Notes under the pieces: generated by a model
Told to the model about the DNA's origin: nothing
Seen by the model: the letters and a program-made list of their open reading frames with translations, nothing else
The model's database searches: none
Source of the DNA: the human T2T-CHM13v2.0 reference genome, Homo sapiens
Assembly: GCF_009914755.1 (NCBI RefSeq)
Contig: NC_060944.1
Strand: one strand, 5' to 3'
Length of the DNA: 64,000 nt
Part shown: in pieces, positions 43,786 to 64,000 of the stretch
How positions within the stretch are numbered: the first letter of the stretch is position 1
Layout of the letters: every line of letters starts with the position of its first letter
Program-made: the position numbers and the translations under genes

Positions 43786-45298
43786 CCTCCGATTTACCTT
43801 TCTTGGGTGAACTCACAGCCAAAAAAGAAGTCCTAATCTTTTCTTTCGTCTACTTGGATATTAATGTAAGACATCTTCAGGTTCTAGTTTCCCTGGATCT
43901 TTTCCAAGATATTTCTTTGTGTTTTGAGTCTTTCCTTAGATATCCTGTTTGCTCAGTAGTTGCAGGGGATTGGAAGAGATGGGGGAGTCGGGGGTGGTGC
44001 AGATTAACCCTGATTCTCTAGCTCACTGTCTTTGCCCACCTCATCAATATTATAGCTACAATTCTCCAACAAAGGGTCCTCGGCCCTGGGTCCTGGGTCC
44101 TGGGTCCAGGCCATGGCCTGGTCTAATTGGACTGCAAACAAACATACCCCTCATTTAACTATCTGTCGTATTTATGTTAAGTGTCTATATCTTTGTTTCT
44201 GGCCTAAATACAACATTTACTTATAAGAACCAATAGCAAAAATACAACACTCACAGCTCAATCAAAGGCAAGACCAGGCCAGGCGGGTGCAGTGGCTCAC
44301 GCCTGTAATCCTGGCACTTTGGAAGGGTAAGGCAGGCTGATCATCTGAGGTCAGGAAGTCGAGACCAGTCTGGCCAACATGGTGAAACCCCATCTCTACT
44401 AAAAATACAAAAATTAGCCAGGCGTGGTGGCATGTGCCTATAATCCCAGCTACAGCTACCTGGGAGGCTGAGGCAAGAGAATCGCTGGAACCCAGGAGGC
44501 AGAGGCTGCAGTGAGCCAAGACGGGAGCCACTGTACTCCAGCCTGGGCAACAGAGCAAGACTCCACCTAAAACAAAACAAATAAGCAAACAACAAAGGTA
44601 AGACCAAATTCCCACTGAATTCAAGTAAGGTCTTTTGGAGCTGGTGAAGTTTGTTCACATGAACTAAAACATCATCTGAGAAACCCACATTTTTGCACTT
44701 TGTACCAACTGTCTCTTTTGGACAGAGCTGAAGAGATGGCTCGGCAAGCCTGTTCCTCTGAGCTTGCCACCAGCTGATGTGTCAGGAAGCCCCCGGCTGC
44801 TCTTTCTGGTCTTTTATTACATGGAGACACACCTTCATCAGAAAATAGGTCGGGATGGGGTAAATAGGTCTAAAACATTTCCATAGTTCCATTTGTTCAT
44901 CCCTTTAAGTGTCAAAATGATGATTAAAATTTTTAAAGGTTATCTTAGTGCCATCCAATAGAAATTAAAATGCAAGCTGCTTTATAAGTTAACGTTTTGT
45001 AGAAGCCTCAAACAGGTAGGAAGAAACAGGTGAAATGAATTTTAATGCTATATTTTGTTTAACTCATTATGCCCAAAATACTACCATTTCAATGTAAAAT
45101 CCATATTAAAAATTGAGATTTTTGGCCGAGTGCAGTGCCTCATGTCTGTAATCCCAGCACTTTGGGAGGCTGAGGCGGGCAGATCACCTGAGGTCAGGAG
45201 TTCGAAACCAGCCTGACCAACATGGAGAAACTCCATCTCTACTAAAAATACAAAATTAGCCAGGCATGGTGGTGCATCCCTGTAATCCCAGCTACTCA

Positions 45299-45403
<105 letters not shown>

Positions 45404-45966
45404 TCAAAAAAGAAAAAAACAAAAAAATTGAGATTTTTACACCTTCTTTTTTTGCATTACAACTTGAAACTTAGTGTCTCTTTTGCCTATACAACACATC
45501 TCAATCTGGACCAGCCCCTCCTCTGAGACTCAGGAGCCACACACAGCCAGTGGCCGCCGGACCAGCCAGCACACCTCTAGGTTTTTCACTCCTAGCTGCC
45601 TCCTAAGCCCTAGCCTTTCCCCTAAGGTGATAACTGCGAAACCCTTTGGGAAAACGTCAGGTGGAAGGTATTTTCATTCACTAACTTAAATGATTTTCAG
45701 CTCCCTCACAGGAGTCACTAGAAGAGTAGGAGATGGAGAAAATCTGAGAACCTCAGGTTGGGAGTCTGAAGGGGTACAGGCACCCCCTTTCTTGCTTCCT
45801 CTGTGGGCAGAGGACATCTTGGCACCACTGAACTCACACGCTCACAGGCTCCTCTACAACCTACTAAACCCCAAGCTGAAGTGTGCACTTTGTGCTACTA
45901 ATAGGTCTGAGTTTCCCTTTATCTCACCTTCCTCTAGAAGCAAGCAGGCTTCTAGAAACTGCAACA

Positions 45967-46360
<394 letters not shown>

Positions 46361-48405
46361 CTACAGAGGATAAAAGACCATGAACTTCAGGGCCAGCCAG
46401 TTCTGGTTCCCAGCTCCACCACTGATGGGTTGTGTGAGCTCCCTGAGCCTGGTTTCCTCCTCTGCAAAAGGTGGAGAACAACAGCACTGACTGCTTTGGG
46501 TAATTTGAGATGACAGGATAAAGGCCGGAGGCCTGGCATGAAGGAGAGTGACCGTGTGTGGCTTGCTTCTGCCTGCAGGGCTGTGTTACTCTCTGAAGGG
46601 TCCCCTAGTCTCTGCCGAGCCACCCTCCTCACTTGCTAAATCTTCTGCCTCCCAGGGCGGATGCCCCACTCATATCCCCTTAGCAGATCGCCAGGCATCT
46701 CAGATGGTTCCTGCATCTCTCTGCCTAAGGATGCTCTCCAGGCCTGCAAAGGGCTGGGGTGGGCAGAGGGTAGGGAGAACTGCCCAGGAGTCAGGAGGTC
46801 CAGGATGGACACCCAAGGAGGGATGGGGGTTGATTGAGCAACCTGGGGTGCATTCTATATGGTTCTTCAGAGGATCTCCAGTGGGATTGAGCCTCCGCTG
46901 CCCGTAGTGATAACCCACTCATTATTATTGAGCTTTTATTGGCTGTCTTCCCTCCTGACCTCCCCTCCCTCCTCTACTGTGTTTTCTGGGATCACCTCCC
47001 AAATACATTGCTCACATCCAAATCCTTGTGTCGCGTCTGCTTCTTGGGCAACCCAAACTAAGACACTCCTCATTAGCAACGCTCTTCCTCCTTCTGTCCT
47101 GCTGTAGAAAGCTTGCTCATCCTTCAACGCCCAGCTGAAAGACTACCTTTTCTAAGAAGCCCCCCTGACATGCAGTTAGAAACAAGGCACCTCCCAGGAC
47201 TCCCCTTTGGCATGTGCCACTTTTTCTTCTGTCTGGCATATCGGCTGTTTCACTTGTCTCACAGTCAGATGTCTGAGTTATTCCTCCCTATGTTGGCTGA
47301 GAGCTCCATGAGCACAGAGGTGAATCCTAGGGCCTGTTACACATCAGGTCCTCAGGAAGCCTCTGCCAACTGTTGCAATTTTACTACTAATAATAGCTAA
47401 TATTTACTACGCACTTACAATATAAGAAGCACTTTTATGTAATTCTGGCCCCAAAACCTCACAACCATCACTTTAAGTGGCAAGTATTAAAATGATCACA
47501 CCCATTCTAGAGATGGAAAAATTAAGGTGAAAGACGAATAATTTAGAACAAGTCTCACAGTCAGCTAACTCAGATCAGGAGTTCTTAACTACTATGTGAC
47601 CGCCTCAACTTGTAAACTCTTCTCTGAGAAGCTGTCAGTCCCTAATATTTCCCTTAGTCTCCAGCAATGGAGAATTAACTCAATCACAGGGGAGGCAAGG
47701 CCATCAGCTCAGTGTTTACTCCAGCTGAAGGTACCAACAGCTAGCCATGCTTCCTGGGCCCCCTGCGTTGTGTCCTAGAAGCCAGGGTGGGGGAGTGACC
47801 ACAGAGTCCATCCAGGCAGGGAATGCCCTCAAGGACATCCTCAGAGATGATGTCCTTGAGACACCCTCAAGGAGGGGCTGAGACACCCTCCAGGGCCACC
47901 AATGGCCAGCGACTTCAGGAGTGGTCCTGATTTCCTGCCCCTGGGGTCAGGAGGAAAGCCCAGCTTTGCTGCTGCTGGATGGGTCCCTTGACAACCTCGA
48001 GACCTCCCCTAGGCCTCTTATAAGACCCCCTACTGCCCTATGGATCCTCCACCTCTCCCTAAGCATTCTCCTCACCCCCACCCAATGGCCAGCTTAGACT
48101 CACAGAGGTCAAACTTTTATTGATTCACTGGTGCTAGGAAAAGCAGCCATATAACCAGACCCAAAGAGCACACTATGGGATTCCATTTACATCAAGCTCA
48201 AAAACAGGCAACAGTAACTTAAGCTGTTAGAATTTGCAACAGTGGTTTTCCTTGGAGAGAAAAAGGCAGACTGAGAGGGGTAGTGACTTCTAGTGGCTGG
48301 AAATATTCTGTTTCTTGGTCTGACTGCTAGTCGCATGAGTGTGTTCACTTTGTAAAACTTCCTAAATTTGCTGAGGTCGGCACTTAGGATCTGTGCACTT
48401 TTCTA

Positions 48406-48594
<189 letters not shown>

Positions 48595-48940
48595 TTAGCT
48601 GGGAGTGGTGGCATGCACCTATAGTCCCAGCTACTAGGGGTGCTGAAGTGGGAGTATCAGTTGAGCCCAGGAGTTGGTGGCTGCACTCCAGCCTGGGTGA
48701 GAGAGCAAGACGCTGTCTCAAAAAAAAAAAAAAAGAAAGAAAGAAAGAAAGAAAAGAAAAAGTTTTAAAAGAGGAAAACAGAAAAGAACTATGTTAGGAT
48801 TCCAGCCACTCTCTAAGGTGACAGAAACTCTTTCCAGACCAGGGAGGCAGCTCACGGCCAGTCCTCTAAGAGCAAACACGCATGATATGAACTAGAAAAT
48901 AGGATGCAGAGGCCTAAGAAGGAACCTGTATGAGGGCTGA

Positions 48941-49295
<355 letters not shown>

Positions 49296-49384
49296 TAAGT
49301 GCAAGGATTACGAGCAGGAGCCACTGCACCCAGCCTGCAGATAGTAAATTCTATAAGTCTGTTGGGAGGGTGGGTGGTAACCTG

Positions 49385-49540
49385 GATAGGGTTGAATGGG
49401 TTAAGATGGGATGGGATAGGATGAGCTGAAATGGGTTGGAGTGAGATGGGCTGATCTGAGGTGGGCTGTGATAGGATGTGATGGGATAGGACGTGATGGG
49501 CTGGGATGGGCTGAGATAGGATGGGGATTTGAAGATGGGA
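49385..49540 (+). repeat. Degenerate (GGGAT/GGGCT)n pentamer repeat
   Basis: Read directly from the sequence. Confidence 0.8.
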
Positions 49541-50125
49541 CCCACATTGTAAAGGCCTTTACACGAAGCCCATCAAGATGAGAGATGAGGAGTCTGGATT
49601 TCATTCTGTTCAGAGTTGGAGATTTCTTAGCAGGGAAGTAGAGTCCTTAGAATTCTCCTGGAGGGATCACTCTGGCAGAGGTGTGGACAATGGAGCTCAG
49701 GCGGGAAAGCATGGAGGCCAGGTGTTTCTCAGATAGAAGCAGTGAGGCCGAGACAAGAGGCCAAGGGCACCCCCAGGACTCTGTGAAGAACTGGAACTGG
49801 GGAGAACCTGGATTCCCACTTCCTAAGTCAGAAAACTGAGGCAGGTCCCAGAAGAGGAAGATGCTTGCCTGCCAGGCTCCAGTACGAGGCTCGGGTCAGC
49901 TCTAAAGGCAATGAGCTCCTTTTTGTGTCTCAGGAGGAACACGATGCTATCCAGAGACAGGCTTATGTCCCAAGAGAGAAGTATAAAATACTCATTGTGG
50001 GGCCACAAGAACCACATTCCAGCAGCCAGAACCAAGGGGCTGAGCTGTGGCAGGCCCCGCGTGTGTGCCATGCATCATGATTCTCAGAATACTTCCAGCC
50101 AGGGATCCGTTTTGAGCCTCGCTAG

Positions 50126-50455
<330 letters not shown>

Positions 50456-50505
50456 TAGTAGAGACAGGGTTTCACTATGTTGGCCAGGCTGGTCTCAAAC
50501 TCCTA

Positions 50506-50895
<390 letters not shown>

Positions 50896-51040
50896 TCAAG
50901 AGACCCACCTCCCTGTGTCTTGAGGCTGCCCTGTCTGCGGCTTCTGCCCCTAAAATTTTCAAGCAGGTTTTGGCTTTGGGAAAGGTGAAGTAACAACTGG
51001 CAGTTCCTCCCACCCTTTTTTTTTTTTTTTTTCTTTTTGA

Positions 51041-51187
<147 letters not shown>

Positions 51188-51415
51188 TAATTTTTGTATT
51201 TTCAGTAGAGACAGGGTTTCACCATGTTGGCCAGGCTGGTCTCAAACTCCTGACCTCAAGTGATCCATCCGCCTCAGCCTCCCAAAGTGCTGGGATTACA
51301 GGCATGAGCCACCGCACCCAGCCAGTTGCTCCCACTTTTTATTCTCCCCTTCTTCCTTAGAACAAACCTCTGACTTCTAGCTGGGCATACTGTCTTACAG
51401 CATCCTACAGGCATG

Positions 51416-52129
<714 letters not shown>

Positions 52130-52309
52130 GCATGGCCATGGACTACCTGGCCAATGAAATAGAAATCTCCTTGAAGGGGAGCAAACGGTGCCTTCTTCCT
52201 CCTCCACTCCTTCCTGCTGACTAGAGCACCAACAGTCACCTTGGACCATGAGGTGGGAGGAGCAGAAAGGAGTCTGGGTCCTCATGACATCATGGAGCCT
52301 GGTATGTTA

Positions 52310-52840
52310 TATTACAGACAGTACCCAAAGAGAGCCACACTCAATTCTGTCCTCCTTGTGCCTGCATCCTGCTCCATTTATCAAGAGATGGAGACTGTTT
52401 TCCCTCCCCTTGAATCTGGGCAGGGCTTATGACCAGTTGGATCAACAGAATGCAATGAAGATGTGTCAGTTCCAGGTTTTAAGAGACCTTGTAGCTTCCA
52501 TTTCTTCCCTCTTATAAGCCAGCTGCCACATAAGAAGTCTGAGGCTACCATGCTGTGAGGAAGCCCAAGCTAGCCATGTGGACAGCCAAAGGCCACATGG
52601 GGGAGCACGGAGGAGCCAGATATGAATAAAGCCTGATTGGACTCTCCATCCCAACTCAGGGCTGCCACCAGCTGAATGAGTCGCCCCCACTAACACTACC
52701 CAGAGTAGAACTGCCTAGCAGAGCCATGCCTATGGCTTTTGTCTTGACCCACGAAATCATAAACGCATAAAATTATCATTTTGTAAAGCGGCTTGGTCAG
52801 TACCCACAGCTTTGTTATCAGCAAAACCACAACCAGACCT
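52310..52840 (+). mobile_element. MLT1-type MaLR LTR
   Basis: tcaagagatggag...ttccctccccttgaatctgggc...ccatgctgtgaggaagcccaagctagccatgtgg. Confidence 0.65.
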
Positions 52841-53214
52841 GGGTCTGGACTCCCTGCCCAGTGCTTTCTACCACCTTCGCTGCTGCTAAGGAAGAACATA
52901 GAATCTACATCTGGGTGATAAAAATGATGTGTTCAATTTTAGTATCTGATTTGGTAACTTTTGAACATGTGATGTGAATGTTACCAAATCAGATCCTTTA
53001 GAAGATGGATCCCATTGCTCTGCCAAAATTCATCACTAGCAAGAAGACTGGTCCTCTCCTGGCTCCACACTCTCCCAGCTTCAAATACTCTCCTCTTTCA
53101 TCCACCCTGGGTATTGCCCTCCCAGGACTCAAGGGAGCTCAGTTGCTCCCTTGCCGATGCAGCCTTCTCCAAATACTGCAGCCCATGACTAAACTGCTCA
53201 CTGTCCCACTTAAA

Positions 53215-53378
53215 CCAGTGCCTCTCAGACTCCAGCATACCTATGCCTCCCCTGGGGTCTTGTTAAAATGCAGGTTCTGATTCAGGAGGTCTGGTAGGGT
53301 CTGATGTGCTGCATTTCTAACCAGAGCCCAGGAGATGCCACTGCAGCTGATGCACACGCCACACTAGCCCTGAGAAGT
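53215..53378. mobile_element. MER5-type hAT fossil
   Basis: cttgttaaaatgcaggttctgattcaggaggtctgg...tgcatttctaac. Confidence 0.65.
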
Positions 53379-54764
53379 CATGCTATATTCCATCTCATTC
53401 CCAAGTTTCACTATGCACACAGTTCATCTTGTTTTCTCAACTCAACACTTTGAGGATGGTCAGCAAGCATTCGGTCCCATTCCTGCCTCCCTACCCACTG
53501 CTCCAAGCCTAGTCTAGGGCCAGTGCACAATCAGTATGTGCTGACCGGCAGCTGGGAGCAGGTGGCAGGATGCAGAGAGTCTCAAGGGAGGCACAAGACC
53601 CCAGAACAGGGTATTCCAGTCAGCCTCCTCCACTAGTTCATTTTCCTTTGCTTGGAGCTTAATTTGCCCCAGCTAACATTGATAAGTCCCTGATCTGTGA
53701 CAAGCCCTGTGCTTAGAGCTGGAGGCAATACAGTTAGAGATGGCTTAATCCCCAGTCCCTAGGAAGCTGCCGAGTCTAGTGGGGGTGCAGGCAAGTCAAC
53801 AGCCATTGACATCTGAGAGGCCCAGGGGTCCGAGGGGGCACCTACCCCAGACCTACAGCACCAGGGAAGATGCTTCCAGAGGAAGTGAGCTCCTTAGTCA
53901 GGCAAAGATGAGGAAGAAAAGGGGTGCACAGCAAAGAACATTCCAGGAGAGGACAATGGGAAAGAGGGAACTGTGTGTGGTTCAGCATGGCTAGCCTGAG
54001 CCTGGGAGAGCAGTTAATGAAGAGAGCAGTGGTAGCTGAGAAGAACAAGATCCCCTTAGGAGTCTACCTTGAGGGCCCTACTGGAGCTGGAATGTAGTCA
54101 AAGGGCAAGAGGGAGCCACTGGAAGACAAAGGGGGAACATCACAGGGGCTGAGTTCGATGACCCAGTTGGGTGGCTGTCCTGGATCCTCATCAACTACCT
54201 CACTCCCCAGAACTGCAGCTGCCCACCTCTACCCAAGGCTTTCCTATCACCCACGCAGTTCATGTTCTCCTTGCCCGGCAGTCCCCATCCTGCTTACTTC
54301 CACCCTTGAAGGGATTTGAAAAGACTAAATATGCTCCACTAAGTACTTTGAGCTTCTAAAGACCAAGTGTGCACAAGCACATTTGAGTGGTAGTGAGGGG
54401 CTAATGAAATAGAACAAAGACAATTACCCTGGTAATTCCAGTTAAAATTAGTAAAAACCTGCAACTGTCTTTTGAAAGTCTTGCAGAATGTGCCTAAGGA
54501 CTCACCAACCATAGTTCAAACATGAATTCTTGTTTAATCTTTTTGACAAATTCCTATTTTTAAAATGCTCTGAATGCAATACAGATGCCTTCTATTGCAG
54601 TCTAGAATGAAAATCTCAAATCGTCGGTATTATTTTGTTTGAAAAGAATAAGATCTTGAAGGGCACAGGGAAGGGAGATCAGTGACAATTTAAGGGAGTA
54701 CAGGGCCAGTAGATCATCTGATCAAGACATAGAAAGTGTGTTATTTATTTTTGTTTGTTTTTAA

Positions 54765-54944
<180 letters not shown>

Positions 54945-56342
54945 TGAAGGCACACCTAATTCTCAAGGGGACGTTTCCTCTGGTTTTCTTAGAGCAAAAA
55001 TGGAAATTCTCCACATATCCCTCAGCAAAGGCAATTTTTCCATTTCTCCCCATTTCACAGCATGGAAAGCTGAGTCACCAAGAAGTGGCTCAGGTAGGGA
55101 ATTCATCCTGTGGCACACCCTCCAATCCATTAAGTGCTGCTTACCACCCTTATGACCAATCCAGCCATCAGATATTAACAAATTACACTCAAAGTCTTCA
55201 GGAGCCTTGTTGAAAGAAGATGTAAGGTTATTTAATGGCAAAAAATCATGGCTGACAAAGCTAGCTTCTGCCAGACTATTTCACTTCTCAGAAAGGAAGG
55301 GATCTTTGTAAATTCCTAAACATGAAATTTATCCCTAAAAGTATATTTAATATGCCTTGTGCCTTGAAATTTGGTTTGTAATAGCAAAGGACTGGAAACT
55401 AAATACATGTCTATCAATAGGAACTTGTGAAAAAACGGTGGCAGAACCTTACAATTAATGCACTGGACAAAGGTAAGAGGCTAGAAGCAGTTCAAGTGTC
55501 ACCTGCCAGCCATGTGAGTGAGCCCTTGTGGATGTCCATCCCAGTCAAACCCCCAGAAGACTCCAGCCTCAGCCGCCATCTGACTGCAACCACAAGGCAA
55601 GAACTGCCCTGCTAAGCCCAGTCATCCCACAGAGGTGGATGATACAATACTACATCATTTCATCTATTAAATTTGGAGATTCTTGTGAAGCAGAAATAGG
55701 TTAACTGGAACAGTAATAAACGTATCATTCTCTCCAGACGCCAGACCTGCCACATTTCTAAGTGTCTCTCCCAGGACTGCATGGTACAGAAGACACATCT
55801 GACTCCTGGACTGATGTCTCATGGGGCAGAGGACCAGCTGACCCCGCCTGGATCAGGATCACAGCTCTGCTCACTGGAGCACCTTTATTTTGTTTACATA
55901 GGTTTACACCTAACACTGTACCTCCTAAAAGTTAAAAAAGAGTTAATCGATCTTACCTTGTTCCTCTACAAGTACTAGACTAAACTTAATTACATCTTAG
56001 TCATGTTAGTTACAAAACAATAGTGGAATAGAGAGACAATAAATCTGAAGGATCAAAAAAAAAAAAAACCTAGATCTGGCTAGGGGTGTGATATGGAATG
56101 TCATTTAACATCCCTATGTCACAATTTCCCCACATGTAAAACAATAAAATGGTATTAGATGATCTCTTCAGCAGTATAAGAAGCTAAGAGCAGGGTCTGT
56201 TTTCCAGTTTCCTCAATTCCTTCAATTCCTGTTCTACCACTTAGTTTGTGGCAAGTTACCTAACTTAGTTGTAGGCAAGTTACCTAACTTCTCTAAGCCT
56301 TCATTTCATCACCTGTAAAATGTGAATAATAATATTTGCATT

Positions 56343-57840
<1,498 letters not shown>

Positions 57841-60204
57841 AAACATATGACAAAAAGCTCTGACAACCAACATTCTCTCCTATCTCCCGTGACAGTGAAA
57901 TCTGACCTGAGCTGATGTAAAAATATGTGCAGACTTTATCCCATTTAGTGTCAATATTCACATTTTAATATGGAAATTATTAATATATTTAATTATAAGG
58001 TACTGCTCCAAGCCTGCCAGGGGTGGTTTTTACACCATGCTACCTTCTGGAAAAGCTTAATCGTCTCACCCTTAATCCAAAATTAACACTTTGCAAAAGG
58101 CTTATTAACGAGGTGGGGAAACTACCATACAGGGAGGGAAATGACCTTGGTCTTGAAATTAATTCAGGGCACGAAGACGAAGAGACAATGAACAGCTCTC
58201 CAACCCCATGGCCTGGCGCTTTTCTGAGCACTGTCCTGTTTTCTGCAGGATCTCGGCTTTCATTTCAAAAAATGTGCAAAATTCTCCTCAAGTTCTTCTT
58301 CTAGAAAACAGGACTCAGCGGCAGAACAAACCAATCATTGTCTCCGCACTGCTGAAAACTGCAGGAACATCCAGGGAGTCAGGGCCTTCGGCTGGCCCTC
58401 TGACCAGCTTCAAAGCCGGCTCAGATCATTCACCTGTCAAACTTCTAAAGGTGAAAACAACGACAAAAAAAAGAACAACTTTTATTTTCTGTTGATGTTT
58501 CTAGCAGACAAGTTCATTTAGTTAATGGTCTATGGGAGGATATTCTGAGTCCAAGGCTACCTTCTGGTGGCCATTTGGACCAGATTTCCACCGACACGGT
58601 GCGATGCTTGAATGCTAAAAGCATGCTAAGCATATTTCCCCAATTCGTTTGGCATTCAGATTCCCCCCCCGATCCTATGTACCATTTCCTTAGACTTCAC
58701 AACTCCCCTACATGGCAGAATGGAGAGCCTTCTCAAATGCAGAGAAGATGAAGGGAATATATATCTTTATAAACCTGAAGAAGAAACTGAGGCCCAAAGA
58801 GATATGACTTGCCCACGGCCACATGACTTGTAGTGGCCAACCCTGAGAATTTTGAATGTGGTCCGTCATCTGCAAAACTTGTGCCTACAGTTCCCTCAGG
58901 ACAGGCCCACAGGTCTGTGGGGCAGGAGGAGGGGGCATGAACCCCATTGTTTGTCTCATATCATCATGAGTCCTTAATGTCAGACTATCAACACTAAGGG
59001 CTAAAGCATCAAAGCCACATATTGACTACGGCTGACATACTGGACAGTACAGTTGTCCCACAATGCAATGGAACAATGCTGAAAGGTTGAGGATCCTTGG
59101 GTTGAGTTTTGCCACTAACAACTTTGAGGAACTCAACAAAAACTTGCTGGGCTTAATTTTTCTCACCCTGAAAGTAAGGAGATTTGGGGCCATACATGCT
59201 TTAAAGGTTCCTGTAGTCGATCCTATGGAAGGACTCAGTATCTATCCCAACTCCTTTTGGTGGGCCTTCCTGCACCGCCGAAGCTAGAGAAGTGAAAACT
59301 ACGCTTCCCTGACTCCCTTGCCATGAGGATTTGGGAAGTAACTTGGGTTTCACCAGTTACATGCACTATCAGGAGATCTGAATTCAGCCCCGAGTTAACT
59401 GGGCAGAGGCAGGCAAGAGGCAATTGTTTTACACTTTGCCATGGCAGATGCAGGGACGGGCAGCCATCGAGGTGGCAGCTTCCTGATTGGGCAGCAGCTT
59501 CAGCTCCTAGGTGGCCCAGTTCTGCTCTGTGGCTCTGAGTCATTCCTGGGAGCTCAGCTTGGTCCTTCTTTAGTCCATTTAATACCTTTCTCTGCTTAAA
59601 CTAGCTATAGTGGATTCTGATGTTCGTAACTAAGCCTATGTAGTCCTTTCCAACAATAAAAACCTACTTCACCTATATTCAAGTTTAACACCAGGCAATT
59701 AATACACATTGTTCTCATATTCCTCCTTTTCCCCCTTTTAATTAATTTAACCTTCATCAAGAATCCATTCCAAGCATTTTTCCAGTATCCCTTTTCTTCC
59801 TGCTTTCTGTGTTTTCCTTCAAATGCTATCACTCATGTCTGGGAACTGTTGACTTCTTCCCCTGCCTAAATTCTTGTTCTGTGTTCACTTATGTCCTTCT
59901 ATGACCCAGGCACTACTGCACTGGTTGCTGGGTAATACGAGCCCAGTAGGAAGTGTTCCCTGGCTCTGATGGATCTAGAGTGGAAAAGAGAAGTCAGTTG
60001 GCCAAATGTGCAGCCAGGAAAATGGGCAGCAGGTTACAGTGGAGCAGGGGGAGGAGTATTCAAGTCTGTCTTGGGAGACAAAAAAACAAGAGGAAAGGAG
60101 TCAGGGATGGAGCTTATATTCCCTTCCAAATATCAAATGAATTGGTTTTTAAAAACGGCTTGAATCCATAATTCACAACAAAATGAATGAAATAACAGAT
60201 TGAG

Positions 60205-63920
<3,716 letters not shown>

Positions 63921-64000
63921 ACTAATTCTTAGAGAAATTGTGAGTTCAGCATGCCTTGGAAAGAACTTTATAATTATACAACGTGCTAAGTCACAGGCAA

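Overview
Hominid, almost certainly human, genomic DNA matching the 20p11.23 OVOL2 locus. The only protein-coding sequence I can support is the last two exons of OVOL2 on the minus strand (exon 3 at 50646-50835, exon 4 CDS at 33746-34062, 3' UTR to about 33290). The first ~260 bp look like the polyadenylated end of a plus-strand neighbour, probably MGME1 by synteny. The rest is intron or intergenic DNA with roughly 55-60 Alu copies or fragments, a 5'-truncated SVA, a full-length prothymosin-alpha retrocopy, ERVL/MaLR solo LTRs, L1/L2 remnants, DNA-transposon fossils and a 1.44 kb G-rich VNTR just past the OVOL2 poly(A) site. Almost all ORFs in the track are repeat artefacts. I cannot support a new biological system here. 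The best leads are regulatory or evolutionary hypotheses: an AGGTG-dense VNTR 3' of OVOL2, a CRE plus OVOL site in OVOL2's own 3' UTR, a possibly expressible frameshifted PTMA retrocopy, a reused L1 target site, local templated duplications and an extended CTCF motif. Repeat subfamilies and boundaries were called by eye and are approximate unless TSDs are quoted.
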